IMG/VR virus record: IMGVR_UViG_2926647115_000001
Direction: 5' to 3' (one strand)
Length of the DNA: 64,000 nucleotides
DNA from: a virus
Taxonomy: Duplodnaviria; Caudoviricetes
This document shows, piece after piece, positions 17,998-26,995 of the stretch. Position 1 is the stretch's first letter. Each line of letters begins with the position of its first letter. Position numbers and translations under genes: made by a program. Below the pieces are notes generated by a model. It was not told the origin of the DNA. It worked only from the letters and a program-made list of their open reading frames with translations, and did no database searches.

Positions 17998-20565
17998 CTA
18001 CACGGTCACCCCTGCCGCACGGCGCAGCGCGCCGACGTTCACCGCGTTCCCGCTCGCCGTGCGCTTGAACGCGGTGTCCGGCAGGTTCCACGGCGCCTGC
18101 CGCAGCGACGTGCCGAACCGGCCCGCCTCCAACCGGGCCTGGGCCGCGTCCTCCGCAGTCACCGCCCCGGCCTCCCGGCCCAGCTCCCCGACCAGCTTCC
18201 ACTCGTCGTCGCCCAGCTCGTCGATCGCGGCGATCACCGGCGCCATCACCGCGATGTCGGCGCGGTCCGTCTCACGCGGAGCCGGGACACTGTCGCCGGC
18301 CTCCTCCCGCATGACCTGCCGGATGCGGGACTCAAGCACGTCACGCTGCCAACCCAGCTCGTCGCCGCGCCGCTCCGGCACCAGCTCGTACGGCTCGGCG
18401 GTGAAGTACGCGACCAGCTCGTCCCCGGCGGCGTCGATGTCGGCCCGCGGCGCGTCCCGGGCCACCAGGTGCGCGGCCAGGGCGAGCTTCCAGGCAGCGC
18501 AGAACGCGGGCGCGTTGCTGGCCTTGATCGCGCTGATCACCCCGGAGCGGATCGCCGACCGGCGCTTCCGCTCGGCCGCCATCCGCTCCAGGGCAGCCTC
18601 CATCGCGGCCGCCTCGCTGTTGAAGTCCAGGCTCCTGGTCATCGTCTCCTCCTGGGGTGTGTCCATGCCGTTGTTGGGCGTGGCCCATACCCCCTCGGGG
18701 TCTAGTGTCCCGTGATCAGGGGAAACAATCAACTCGCTTGGCGTTTCCGCTGGTCGCGGGTTGAGGTGTACCGCGCCCGTCACCTCGGGGGAAATCCGCG
18801 GGTACGGCAGGCCCTGGCTTTCCAGGAAGTCGGCCAAGTCCTTCTGCCGCTCCGGGTTCCACCGCTCGGTGTAGGACTCGCCCATCTCCCCCACCAGCCA
18901 CGCAGGCAGGGTCGGCCGGTGCGGCGTGTAGGCCACGGCCATCGCGCTGATCGCTCCCAGGTCCAGTTCCCCGTCGCGCACCAGCGAGTACGCCTTGGAC
19001 GGGATGACGCGCGCCTGCTCCCGGTTGGGCTGGACCATGAAGGTGTTGTTCCGCAGCTTGGTGGTGTCCACCGACTTGATGCCGTTCAGCGTCGCGGAAC
19101 CGTCGTGGTAGCTGTTGGTGCGGCCGGCGATGCGCACGTTGATGTTGCGCAGAGTGTTGGTGCCGTGGGGACCGAGGGCGTCGACCAATCCGAACTGGGT
19201 CAGGAAGAACACGCCGTAGCCCGCGGAGCGGGCCATGGAGCAGATCTCGTCGAGTAGTGCGGACGCGGTCCACACCCGGCCGTCGAACGTCTCGATCTTC
19301 GGTTCGGTGATCTTCGCCAGGGAGGTGGCCTCGTCGATGATCAGCACGAGGGCTGGGTCTTCGGGGGTGGGTTTGCGCTTGTCGACGAACCCGAGCCGCT
19401 TGTTCTGCAGGCTCGCGGCCATGTAGAAGTCCGCGAGCATCAGAAGGACTTCGTCGATGTTTTCGCCACCGATGCGCTGGATCACCGGACGGTCGGTGAG
19501 CCCGGTAAGCCACGGGTGCAGCCACGGCCCGACCAGCGGCATCATCTTCTTCACGCCGCAGCACCACAGCTCGAGGTCGTGGCGGCGCACGAACTCGGCG
19601 ATGAAGTTGTGCGCCAGGATCGACTTGCCCGACCCGGTACCGCCGACCACGACGGTGTGCTCACCGAGCATCGAGATCTCAATGGGCTCGCCGTCCTCAT
19701 AGATGCCGGGGTTGACCGGCTCCTTGATCGTGGTGACCGGCCGGATTCCGGGGTGGGGCACATCCTTCTTGAGCGGCTGCTTCGTGGAGACGTGCAGCAG
19801 CCACACGTGAGCCATGCTGGTTTCCTCGGCGCGGATGTCGTTGACGCCCAGCTCGATGCCTTGCTTGGCGTAGTGCTTCGAGGCGAGCACCGCCAGCGTG
19901 GGGATCGCATCGGTCAGGGCGGTGAACGTGGCCACCTGCCCGTCGGTGGGGTCGTCCGCGAGGGTGAGGGTGTACCCGGCTTTGGTGTCGGTGAAGTCGT
20001 CGACCACGACGCCGCCGAGCCTTTCGCACTTGGCCAGCCACGGTCCCCAGAGCTGCTGATAGGTGGAGGCGCGGAGGTGGCGTTCGTGCTCGGCGCGGCG
20101 TTCGGCGATCTCTTCCTTCTGCTCGGCGCGCTCGGCTTGGCGCTGGGGTTCCTTGGAGCGCCAGAGGGCGTAGGCGATACCGAAGGTGACGGTCCACAGC
20201 ACGAGCAGCCCGAGGGCGGTGGGGTTGGTGGGGTCACCGTCGGCGAACACCAGCCACCCGGTGGCCGCGAGGCCGGCGGCGATGGTGAGGCGTTTCGCGT
20301 GGGTCTCGTGCTTGGCGCCGAAGGTGTCCTCGTCCACCCACACGCGGGCGGTGATGACCGCGGCCGCGGTGAACGCGAGCCCGGTGGGGGCCATGACCCA
20401 GCCGGGGAGGTGCATCCAGTGGGGCAGGAACGCGAGCGCGTAGAGGGCGAGCGCGGCGAGCAACGGGTGGAACCACCGCTTGTCGGGGTCCCAGTCAGTT
20501 GGGATGGGGTCGAGGGTCGCGTCGACCACGGGGGGCGTGGTCTCCGCCTTCTCGGTCGTGGTCAC
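17998..20565 (-). CDS. traB: FtsK/SpoIIIE-family TraB-like conjugative DNA translocase
   Basis: N-terminal TM helices, Walker A GGTGSGKS, Walker B LIIDEA, ARSAG..LTQ. Confidence 0.75.
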   Translation of the reverse strand: MTTTEKAETTPPVVDATLDPIPTDWDPDKRWFHPLLAALALYALAFLPHWMHLPGWVMAPTGLAFTAAAVITARVWVDEDTFGAKHETHAKRLTIAAGLAATGWLVFADGDPTNPTALGLLVLWTVTFGIAYALWRSKEPQRQAERAEQKEEIAERRAEHERHLRASTYQQLWGPWLAKCERLGGVVVDDFTDTKAGYTLTLADDPTDGQVATFTALTDAIPTLAVLASKHYAKQGIELGVNDIRAEETSMAHVWLLHVSTKQPLKKDVPHPGIRPVTTIKEPVNPGIYEDGEPIEISMLGEHTVVVGGTGSGKSILAHNFIAEFVRRHDLELWCCGVKKMMPLVGPWLHPWLTGLTDRPVIQRIGGENIDEVLLMLADFYMAASLQNKRLGFVDKRKPTPEDPALVLIIDEATSLAKITEPKIETFDGRVWTASALLDEICSMARSAGYGVFFLTQFGLVDALGPHGTNTLRNINVRIAGRTNSYHDGSATLNGIKSVDTTKLRNNTFMVQPNREQARVIPSKAYSLVRDGELDLGAISAMAVAYTPHRPTLPAWLVGEMGESYTERWNPERQKDLADFLESQGLPYPRISPEVTGAVHLNPRPAETPSELIVSPDHGTLDPEGVWATPNNGMDTPQEETMTRSLDFNSEAAAMEAALERMAAERKRRSAIRSGVISAIKASNAPAFCAAWKLALAAHLVARDAPRADIDAAGDELVAYFTAEPYELVPERRGDELGWQRDVLESRIRQVMREEAGDSVPAPRETDRADIAVMAPVIAAIDELGDDEWKLVGELGREAGAVTAEDAAQARLEAGRFGTSLRQAPWNLPDTAFKRTASGNAVNVGALRRAAGVTV

Positions 20566-20831
20566 GGGTCCTCCGGGGGAATGCCGAGTCGGTGGGCTTG
20601 GTCGCGGGTGAGGATCACGTACCCGGCGTTGCGCAACAGCGCGACGAGGGCGTGGGGGTCGAGGTGGTCCAGCGGGTCAGGCTCGGCGACGTCGACGACG
20701 ATCGACCCGGATGGCAGCCGCCGGGCGTGGACGCCTTCGGGCAGCTTGTCCTGCTGGAACCAGCGGTAGGCCGTGGTCGGCGCAATGCCGTGCTGTCGGG
20801 CCCACTGTTTGAGGTAGATCGTCGTCGGCAT
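20562..20831 (-). CDS. IS607/MerR-like HTH protein (excisionase/regulator-like)
   Basis: LKQWARQHGIAPTTAYRWFQQDKLP; no resolvase domain. Confidence 0.7.
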   Translation of the reverse strand: MPTTIYLKQWARQHGIAPTTAYRWFQQDKLPEGVHARRLPSGSIVVDVAEPDPLDHLDPHALVALLRNAGYVILTRDQAHRLGIPPEDP

Positions 20832-20929
20832 GGCGCTGATAGTGCCAGGTGTACCGCTGTGGCCGGTCTAGCTGCGGGTTTCGTGGCGGGTGGTCGGGTT
20901 GTCGCTCATCGCGGTCCTCCTGTTGCGAA

Positions 20930-20967
20930 CGGTTGCGGTACCGATAGTCCCAACAGTACCGCAACCG
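20930..20967. promoter_or_regulatory. Inverted repeat CGGTTGCGGTAC-N14-GTACCGCAACCG
   Basis: Perfect 12-bp arms between the divergent HTH-traB and DUF2637 genes. Confidence 0.55.
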
Positions 20968-21018
20968 CTAGACTGTTGTGCAACACACCACCGGCCACAC
21001 CGCCCCCGAGGGAACACC

Positions 21019-22359
21019 GTGAACGACATCCCGCCCGCCACGTACAGCTGGTGGCACCGCTGGCGCCTCGGCTCGATCGAGGTCACCCGCGCCAAGCACG
21101 CCGCCGACGCCGAACGCAAGGCCGCCCAGGAACGCGACCGCAAGACCAAGCAGCGCGACACCGCCGCCGAGCGGCGAGCCCGCCGCATCCGCCGCCGCGA
21201 CTGGCTCGTCGAGCACCGCGCCCTGATCGCCACGGTCTCCGCCGTCACCGTCTCGGTCGCCGTCGCGATCCCCGCCCAGGCGCTCTGGTTCGTCCACGTC
21301 CTCGCCAGCGGCCAGCTCGGGCTCAACCCCGAAAGCCTCATCGCGCTCGCCTCCCCCGTGCTCATCGAGGGGCTGTGCTGGCTCGGCGCGTTCCTCTACG
21401 CCGACAGCCTCGGCCGCGACACGCCCGTGCGTGCCTACCGGCTCACCACGTTCCTGTTCGCCGGCATCGCCGCAGCGATCAACTTCGCCCACGGCTGCGG
21501 CATCAACCCGATCGTCGGCGTTGTGTTCGCGATCGCGTCCCTGATGGGCGTCGCGTCGTGGGAGCTCTACATGCACCGCACGCGGCACATCGCCACCGGG
21601 ATGACCGCGGACGAGATCCGGCTGTGGTTCAAGCGGCGTGTGTTCGACCGCAAGGTCTACCGGGAGATGCAGCGTCTCCGGCGCACGTTCGGGGCGCAGG
21701 TGCCGCTGGAGTCCGCGTGGCGCATGGGGTACCTCCGGGTGCACGGGGCGCCCACGGTTCCGGTTCCGGTTCCGCGGGACCTGCTGGACTGGTTCCGCAA
21801 GGACGGTTCCGCACGTGGTTCCGCGGACGGTTCCGACGGTTCCGGCACCGGTTCCACGCCCAGTTCCGAGGGCGGTTCCGGCTCGGGTTCCGTCGCGGTG
21901 CTCGACCGGTCCAAGGACGGTTCCACGGTGGAGGTCCCGGTGAACTGGGACCAGTTCCGCGACGTCGACTCCATCATCGCGGCGCACTGGCCGGAGCTGG
22001 ACCCCGCGAACCACCCGGACCCGTCACTGCACCAGGACGACGCCAAGCGCCGGCATCCCGCGTCCGGCCTGCACGTCGAGGAACCTGCCCCGGCGTCCAC
22101 CAGCGGCCCCGCCACCAGCGCGGCCCCGGAACAGGAACCCGAGCCGCGACCGCTGCCGGGACTCAACCGGGAGGAGCGGAACCTCGGCGTGACCGGCGGC
22201 GCCACCGCGGCGCTGCACCGGTACTTCGACCGGATCGCGTCCGAGGGGCACGACCCGGACGACGTGAACCGGCAGGAACTCGCCCGGGAGCTCGGGTGCT
22301 CGGCGCGGAACGTCGGCAAGGCGCTGGCGAAGTGGGCGAAGAACCGGAACCACGCGTGA
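21019..22359 (+). CDS. DUF2637-like (Spd/Kil-type) plasmid spread membrane protein with C-terminal HTH
   Basis: Coiled coil, four TM helices (AAAINFAHG), low-complexity linker, LARELGCSARNV HTH. Confidence 0.65.
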   Translation: MNDIPPATYSWWHRWRLGSIEVTRAKHAADAERKAAQERDRKTKQRDTAAERRARRIRRRDWLVEHRALIATVSAVTVSVAVAIPAQALWFVHVLASGQLGLNPESLIALASPVLIEGLCWLGAFLYADSLGRDTPVRAYRLTTFLFAGIAAAINFAHGCGINPIVGVVFAIASLMGVASWELYMHRTRHIATGMTADEIRLWFKRRVFDRKVYREMQRLRRTFGAQVPLESAWRMGYLRVHGAPTVPVPVPRDLLDWFRKDGSARGSADGSDGSGTGSTPSSEGGSGSGSVAVLDRSKDGSTVEVPVNWDQFRDVDSIIAAHWPELDPANHPDPSLHQDDAKRRHPASGLHVEEPAPASTSGPATSAAPEQEPEPRPLPGLNREERNLGVTGGATAALHRYFDRIASEGHDPDDVNRQELARELGCSARNVGKALAKWAKNRNHA

Positions 22360-22480
22360 CCTGGGGCGGGAACCACCGGAACCGGTCGGGAACCGCCGAG
22401 GAACCGGGGACGAACCGCCCCCGGTCCGCCACGGAACCGGCCACGGAACTGGTTCCGGACCACCACCGAAGGAGAACCGC
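21755..22480. repeat. Polarised GGTTCC/GGAACC short-repeat array (candidate clt)
   Basis: About 12 GGTTCC copies in 21755-21925, then GGAAC(C) copies from 22080 to 22480. Confidence 0.75.
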
Positions 22481-22822
22481 TTGGCCCCAACCCGCACCTC
22501 CGCCGCGCCCGTGCCGGCGACCGACGAGGACCGATCCCCCCGACCTGGCGACCGCGTCCTCGTCGCGATGCGGAACCAGGGCATCGTCGCGTCAGGCGGC
22601 GGCGTGTTCCACGTCGACGAGAACGGCGACTTCCCGAACAAGGACCTCGTCGCACGCGGCGAGGCCACCGTGCACGTGCTGCCGCCCGAGGTCCGCACGC
22701 TTCCGGTAACCCGGGAGGCGCTGGCCGAGTTCTTCGGCCCGATCCGGCTGCCCAACGGCGCGAACGTCACCGGCCACTTCGTGCAGCTCGCCCTGGCCCT
22801 GCACCGCGAAGCGCAGCGGTAG
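22481..22822 (+). CDS. Hypothetical protein
   Basis: AAGGAG RBS; TTG start. Confidence 0.55.
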   Translation: MAPTRTSAAPVPATDEDRSPRPGDRVLVAMRNQGIVASGGGVFHVDENGDFPNKDLVARGEATVHVLPPEVRTLPVTREALAEFFGPIRLPNGANVTGHFVQLALALHREAQR

Positions 22823-22901
22823 CGGCGTCGCGGACTGCCGGTTGCAGCAAGGGCCCGTCATCGACGAGATCGGTGACGGGCCCTTCGTCGTCCCTTGGCC
22901 A

Positions 22902-23203
22902 GTGGAACCCCTTGTGCTACCTCTGACCTGCGAAAACTCCGCGGGTGGAACGGGTGTGGAACGTCGGTGCGGCGGCTGGTTCCACTGGCCAAGGTCCGCC
23001 CTGGTCGGTGTGGAACAGGTGTGGAACCCGCACCGCGGATGCCCGTGCTACCGGTGAGCTGCTGCGATGCGCCGCCAGGCCGGCATGTGGAACGGTGTGG
23101 AACCGCTCCGCGCCGGAGGGGGGTGGGTGATCGTTTCCGCAGGTCATGATCGCGTACCCCATGTCGTGTCGTGTGTGGAACCTCGGGGTTCCACTGGTTC
23201 CAC
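22902..23203. repeat. GTGGAAC iteron-like cluster
   Basis: 8 direct and 3 inverted copies in an intergenic region. Confidence 0.75.
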
Positions 23204-23218
23204 CGCATGGATATGGGA

Positions 23219-23249
23219 AGGCCCCGACACCGCGAGGTGTCGGGGCCTC
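23219..23249. terminator. Hairpin terminator
   Basis: AGGCCCCGACACC-GCGA-GGTGTCGGGGCCT. Confidence 0.65.
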
Positions 23250-23260
23250 GGCGTGCAGTT

Positions 23261-23860
23261 TCAGTCGCGGGTGCGTCGGGTGACGTCGACGGCGCCGAGC
23301 CGGTCGAGCAGGTTGCGCAGCTGGTCGAGAGTGCGGGGCTGCTCGGCCGCGAGCGCGGCGAACAACTCGGGCACGTCGGTGAACGCGGCGAACGCGTCGT
23401 CGAACAGCGACACCTGCAGCGCGGGCCTCCCGGCGAGGTGGTGTTCCTGGACGGTGAAGTCCCATTTCACGCCGTCGCGGCCGGTGTCCGCGCTTGCGGA
23501 GATGTTGATGGCCGGTACCTCGCCCGCGTAGGCGGCGTCGGCGAACCACGCCTCCTGCTGCACGAAGTAGGTGAGCAGGCAGTCGTCGCCGATCCGGCGC
23601 GGCACCGCGGCAATCCCAGCGGGCGCGGGCCCGGTGTTCTTCCCGACCTGGCTCTCGTGCCAGGCCGCGGCCTCTCGCCACTTCCGGGTGCCTGTGGGGT
23701 GGTGCACGGTTCCGCGGGCCTCGTGGTCGTTGGCCCTACGGGCCAGTTCCCGGGCGGCCCACAGGTTGTAGGCGTCCCAGTCGGCTGGGGTGTACTCGGT
23801 GAACGGCTTGTTGCGGTGCTCGGCGGTGTTCCCGTAGGCGGTGAGGGCGGCGGTGTCCAT
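23261..23860 (-). CDS. Hypothetical protein
   Basis: AGGAG RBS; GC3 bias. Confidence 0.6.
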   Translation of the reverse strand: MDTAALTAYGNTAEHRNKPFTEYTPADWDAYNLWAARELARRANDHEARGTVHHPTGTRKWREAAAWHESQVGKNTGPAPAGIAAVPRRIGDDCLLTYFVQQEAWFADAAYAGEVPAINISASADTGRDGVKWDFTVQEHHLAGRPALQVSLFDDAFAAFTDVPELFAALAAEQPRTLDQLRNLLDRLGAVDVTRRTRD

Positions 23861-23923
23861 GGCGTACTCCTGTTCTCGGTGGGGGTGGTGCCGCCTCGCG
23901 TGGTGGCGGGGCGGCCGGGCGGG

Positions 23924-24793
23924 TCACTTCGCGGCGGCGGTCTCGCGGTCGTACTTGGCCTGGGCCTTGGCGAGGATCGCGTCCTGCTCGGTCTCGGGGG
24001 TGGTGCCGCGCTTGTGGGCGAGCGCGGCGGCGCACAGGCGGATCGTTTCGCGCATGGCGTCGGCGTAGCTCGAGTTCGGGTACAAGAGCAGATCTCCGGC
24101 GGCCTGGAGTGCGGCGCGGTGGGCGGCGGTCTCGGTCTTGAGGGTGCGGGTGCCGACGTAGTCGGGGATGACCAGCGGGGTGCCGTCGGGGTTGCTGATG
24201 GCCTTGGCGGCTGCTGCGGCGGCTTTCGCGGCCTTGGCGGCGGCCGCGGCTTCGCGCTCCTCGCGGGTCTTGCGTTGGTTGGGGCTTTGGATGCGGGAGG
24301 GGCGGCCGGACTCGATGATGGCGCGCTGGTCGGGGAAGCAGGTGAGGCAGGACAGCGACCCGGCGGCGTCGACGGCCTCGGCCGCGGTGGCGCCGGACAG
24401 CTCGGTGACCCAGTACCACTGGGTGCTGGCGTAGGTGTTGCGGCACCGCTGGGTGGTGTGGAGGTGGCCGTTGGTGTTGTCCACCAGGTAGTAGCGGGTC
24501 CAGCCGCCGCGGCGGTCGAACTCGTCGAGGAGGGGCCTGAGGTCACGGGCGCTGAGTTGCGCGGCATCGTCGTAGGCGCGGTCAATCCGGTGCTGCAACT
24601 CGGCGATGTTCTCCCGCTGGCGGGCGAGGGTGTCCGGGGTGACGAACTGGGCGCCGGCGTTCATGTGCTCGATGGCGCGTGCCTTCTCGCGCTGCGTCTG
24701 CTCGGCCTTGGCGTGGTGGGCGTAGATGGCGGCCGTGACGCGGGCGATCTCGGTGTCGATCTCGGCGGGGGTCTTGGTGGCGAGGCTGGTCAT
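23924..24793 (-). CDS. Conserved actinophage hypothetical protein
   Basis: GGWTRYYLV..GHLH....C....T.W..CLTCFP motif; GAGG RBS. Confidence 0.65.
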   Translation of the reverse strand: MTSLATKTPAEIDTEIARVTAAIYAHHAKAEQTQREKARAIEHMNAGAQFVTPDTLARQRENIAELQHRIDRAYDDAAQLSARDLRPLLDEFDRRGGWTRYYLVDNTNGHLHTTQRCRNTYASTQWYWVTELSGATAAEAVDAAGSLSCLTCFPDQRAIIESGRPSRIQSPNQRKTREEREAAAAAKAAKAAAAAAKAISNPDGTPLVIPDYVGTRTLKTETAAHRAALQAAGDLLLYPNSSYADAMRETIRLCAAALAHKRGTTPETEQDAILAKAQAKYDRETAAAK

Positions 24794-24823
24794 CGCGGTT
24801 CCTCTCGTCTCCCTGTTGCGCTT

Positions 24824-24846
24824 AACCTTACACAAGTTGCGCAACT
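24824..24846 (-). promoter_or_regulatory. 23-bp promoter/operator AACCTTACACAAGTTGCGCAACT (exact copies at 40484 and 49199; variants 26137, 49301)
   Basis: Minus-strand reading AGTTGCGCAACT palindrome + TGTGTAAGGT extended -10. Confidence 0.75.
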
Positions 24847-24894
24847 TTCACAACTGGGCGGAGGTGCGGTCCAGCACACCCCCGCCCCGGACCG

Positions 24895-26100
24895 CTACTC
24901 CTCGATCGCCTTGCAGCGGGTCAGCTGGGTCTCCTTCTGGCCGTTCCACTCCTTGTGCGCCTTGATCCAGCACTTGCGGAGGGTGAACCAGGTGTCGCCG
25001 GGCTCGTCGCCGAGCGCGTCCTTGGAGGCGAACCACTTGAACAGGTAGCCGTCGTCGGACACCAGGGTGTACACGGTGCTCGTGCCATAGGCGTTCTGGC
25101 TCCAGGACACGTTGCGCACCTGCACCCGCACCTCGACGTCCCGCTGCCCGACCGTGCCGTAGAACTCGTCCCGGACCTCGGCGCGCTCCCGCTGCCGGAT
25201 CAGGGTCTGCTCGTTGTGGCGTGCCCACGCCTGCGGCGCCGACACCGCCAGCCCCAGGTTCCAGGGGGACACGGCGTCGGCGGCGGCGATCGCCTTGAGG
25301 TTGCGCACGTACTCGCTGTCCCCGGGGAAGTCGTCGGACAGGATGAACTCGCGGATCTTGGCACCCATCCCGGCGGCCTCGGCGATCTCGGCCGCCATCT
25401 CCGCGGCCAGCTGGCGGGCGTTCTTGTTGCGCGGGTCGAGCAAGTCCCCGACCACAACCTTGGTGGGGACCCCGTTCCAGTCGTTGGCGCGGACGTAGCC
25501 GTACCGCTTGATCGCAGCCCACGCGGCGGCAAACACGGTGTCGGTGGTGAACTCGCGCGGGCAGTACCCACCGTCGCCCAGGAGCCCGTCGATCTCGTCG
25601 CGCAGGTCGTCGGCATAGACGAACACCGGGGTTGCGGTCCAGCCGAGGAAGTCCTTGATGCAGGTGGAGCCGACCTGGATCTGCTCGCCGGCTTCGTTGC
25701 GGAGCAGGTAGGTGGCCTTGCGGTGGCGGTGGGTGCGGCAGTGGCCGCACCAGCCTTCGTGCAGGCCGTCGCGATTGACGGTGTCGATGCCGGGGGCGGT
25801 GCGCACGATCAGTCCGGCGTTGGGGTCCCAGTCCAGGGTGGCGAGGAAGGTCCAGCCGTTGTAGCGCGGGGCGTCGCCGGTGATGCGGGTGTCGTAGACG
25901 ATCTCGGTGACCTGGAGCCCGCCGACCTCGCGAGTGGTTTCGCGGCGGGTGGCGTGGACCTCGATGCGGCCGGTGAAGCCGCGCTTTGCGGCGCGGGTGT
26001 TGATCTTGGCGATCTTGTTGCGGGTGGCCTCCAGCTCGTCGGCGGTGAGGTGCCAGGTGTGGGCCTGGGTCTCGGTGGTGGTGTCGAGCGTGGCGGTCAT
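24895..26100 (-). CDS. Conserved phage protein, Zn motif and probable C-terminal OB-like domain
   Basis: CGHC..R..QVGSTCIKDF; C-terminal KAHKEWNGQKETQLTRC. Confidence 0.65.
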   Translation of the reverse strand: MTATLDTTTETQAHTWHLTADELEATRNKIAKINTRAAKRGFTGRIEVHATRRETTREVGGLQVTEIVYDTRITGDAPRYNGWTFLATLDWDPNAGLIVRTAPGIDTVNRDGLHEGWCGHCRTHRHRKATYLLRNEAGEQIQVGSTCIKDFLGWTATPVFVYADDLRDEIDGLLGDGGYCPREFTTDTVFAAAWAAIKRYGYVRANDWNGVPTKVVVGDLLDPRNKNARQLAAEMAAEIAEAAGMGAKIREFILSDDFPGDSEYVRNLKAIAAADAVSPWNLGLAVSAPQAWARHNEQTLIRQRERAEVRDEFYGTVGQRDVEVRVQVRNVSWSQNAYGTSTVYTLVSDDGYLFKWFASKDALGDEPGDTWFTLRKCWIKAHKEWNGQKETQLTRCKAIEE

Positions 26101-26226
26101 CGGTGCCCCCTGGGGTCGGTCTCTCCGTACCCCACGAAACTAACACAAGTTGTCTAACTTGCGCAACTGTTGCGACAGCTGTTACGGTCGATCCCGCAAC
26201 CACACACCGCACCCGGGGGTATCACC

Positions 26227-26460
26227 GTGGACCTCGCTGAACAGCTCACGAGCACCTACCCCATCAGCCTCGGCGTCGCCGCCGCCCTCATCGACGAGGT
26301 CACCAGGGCACTCACCAGCACCGCAAACCCCGCACCAGAGCTGGAAGAGATCACCGCCGAGATGCGCTGGGCCGTCGGCCACGACATCGACTGGCCGTCC
26401 GCCATCCGCGACATCGCGACCGCGTTCGGAACCACCCTCCCCGACACCGCACAGCTGTAA
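26227..26460 (+). CDS. Hypothetical protein
   Basis: GGGGG RBS; GTG start. Confidence 0.5.
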   Translation: MDLAEQLTSTYPISLGVAAALIDEVTRALTSTANPAPELEEITAEMRWAVGHDIDWPSAIRDIATAFGTTLPDTAQL

Positions 26461-26486
26461 CCCCGCAACCGCAACAGGACACCGGC

Positions 26487-26663
26487 ATGCACATCGACTG
26501 GAAACGGCTCGCCTGGATCGCGCTGCTGATCGGCCTGGTCCTCTACGTGATCAGCCACCCCCAGCGCTCCGCCGACCTCGTGGGCGACGCCGTGAGCTGG
26601 CTCCGCCAGGCCGCGGAAGCGGTCATCACGTTCATCACCTCCGTGTTCAACCGGATCGTCTAG
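26487..26663 (+). CDS. Small membrane protein (58 aa, below ORF-track cut-off)
   Basis: MHIDWKRLAWIALLIGLVLYVISHPQRSADLV...; AGGA RBS. Confidence 0.6.
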   Translation: MHIDWKRLAWIALLIGLVLYVISHPQRSADLVGDAVSWLRQAAEAVITFITSVFNRIV

Positions 26664-26677
26664 GGACTCCGCACACC

Positions 26678-26995
26678 ATGACCACCACCGCAACCCCCAC
26701 GCCGAACGCTACGCGCGCTTCCCGCAACGGCTACTGGACCGACGAACGCCTCGCCATCTGGCGGCGGCTCACCCCGCAGCAGCGGGACTACGACCGCTTC
26801 CAGGGCTGGTACCCGCCCGGCCAGGGCACGTGCGAGACCGAAGGCGGCCGCCGCGCGATCGAGGAACGCGACGAAGCACGAGACGCCGCCACCGAGGACG
26901 AGCTGCACGTCTGCACCTGCCACGTCAACCCGCCCTGCACCCACTGCGTGGAGTGCACCGACTGCCCGGAGGCGCGCAGTGATCAGCGCGACTGA
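26678..26995 (+). CDS. Hypothetical Cys-rich protein
   Basis: CTCHVNPPCTHC. Confidence 0.55.
   Translation: MTTTATPTPNATRASRNGYWTDERLAIWRRLTPQQRDYDRFQGWYPPGQGTCETEGGRRAIEERDEARDAATEDELHVCTCHVNPPCTHCVECTDCPEARSDQRD

Noticed and set aside
20562-20831. IS607 insertion sequence
   Set aside because: Only the HTH is present; no serine recombinase domain or tnpB
21755-23203. Repeat arrays as a CRISPR array
   Set aside because: Units are only 6-9 bp with irregular spacing, there is no repeat-spacer periodicity, and no cas genes are present
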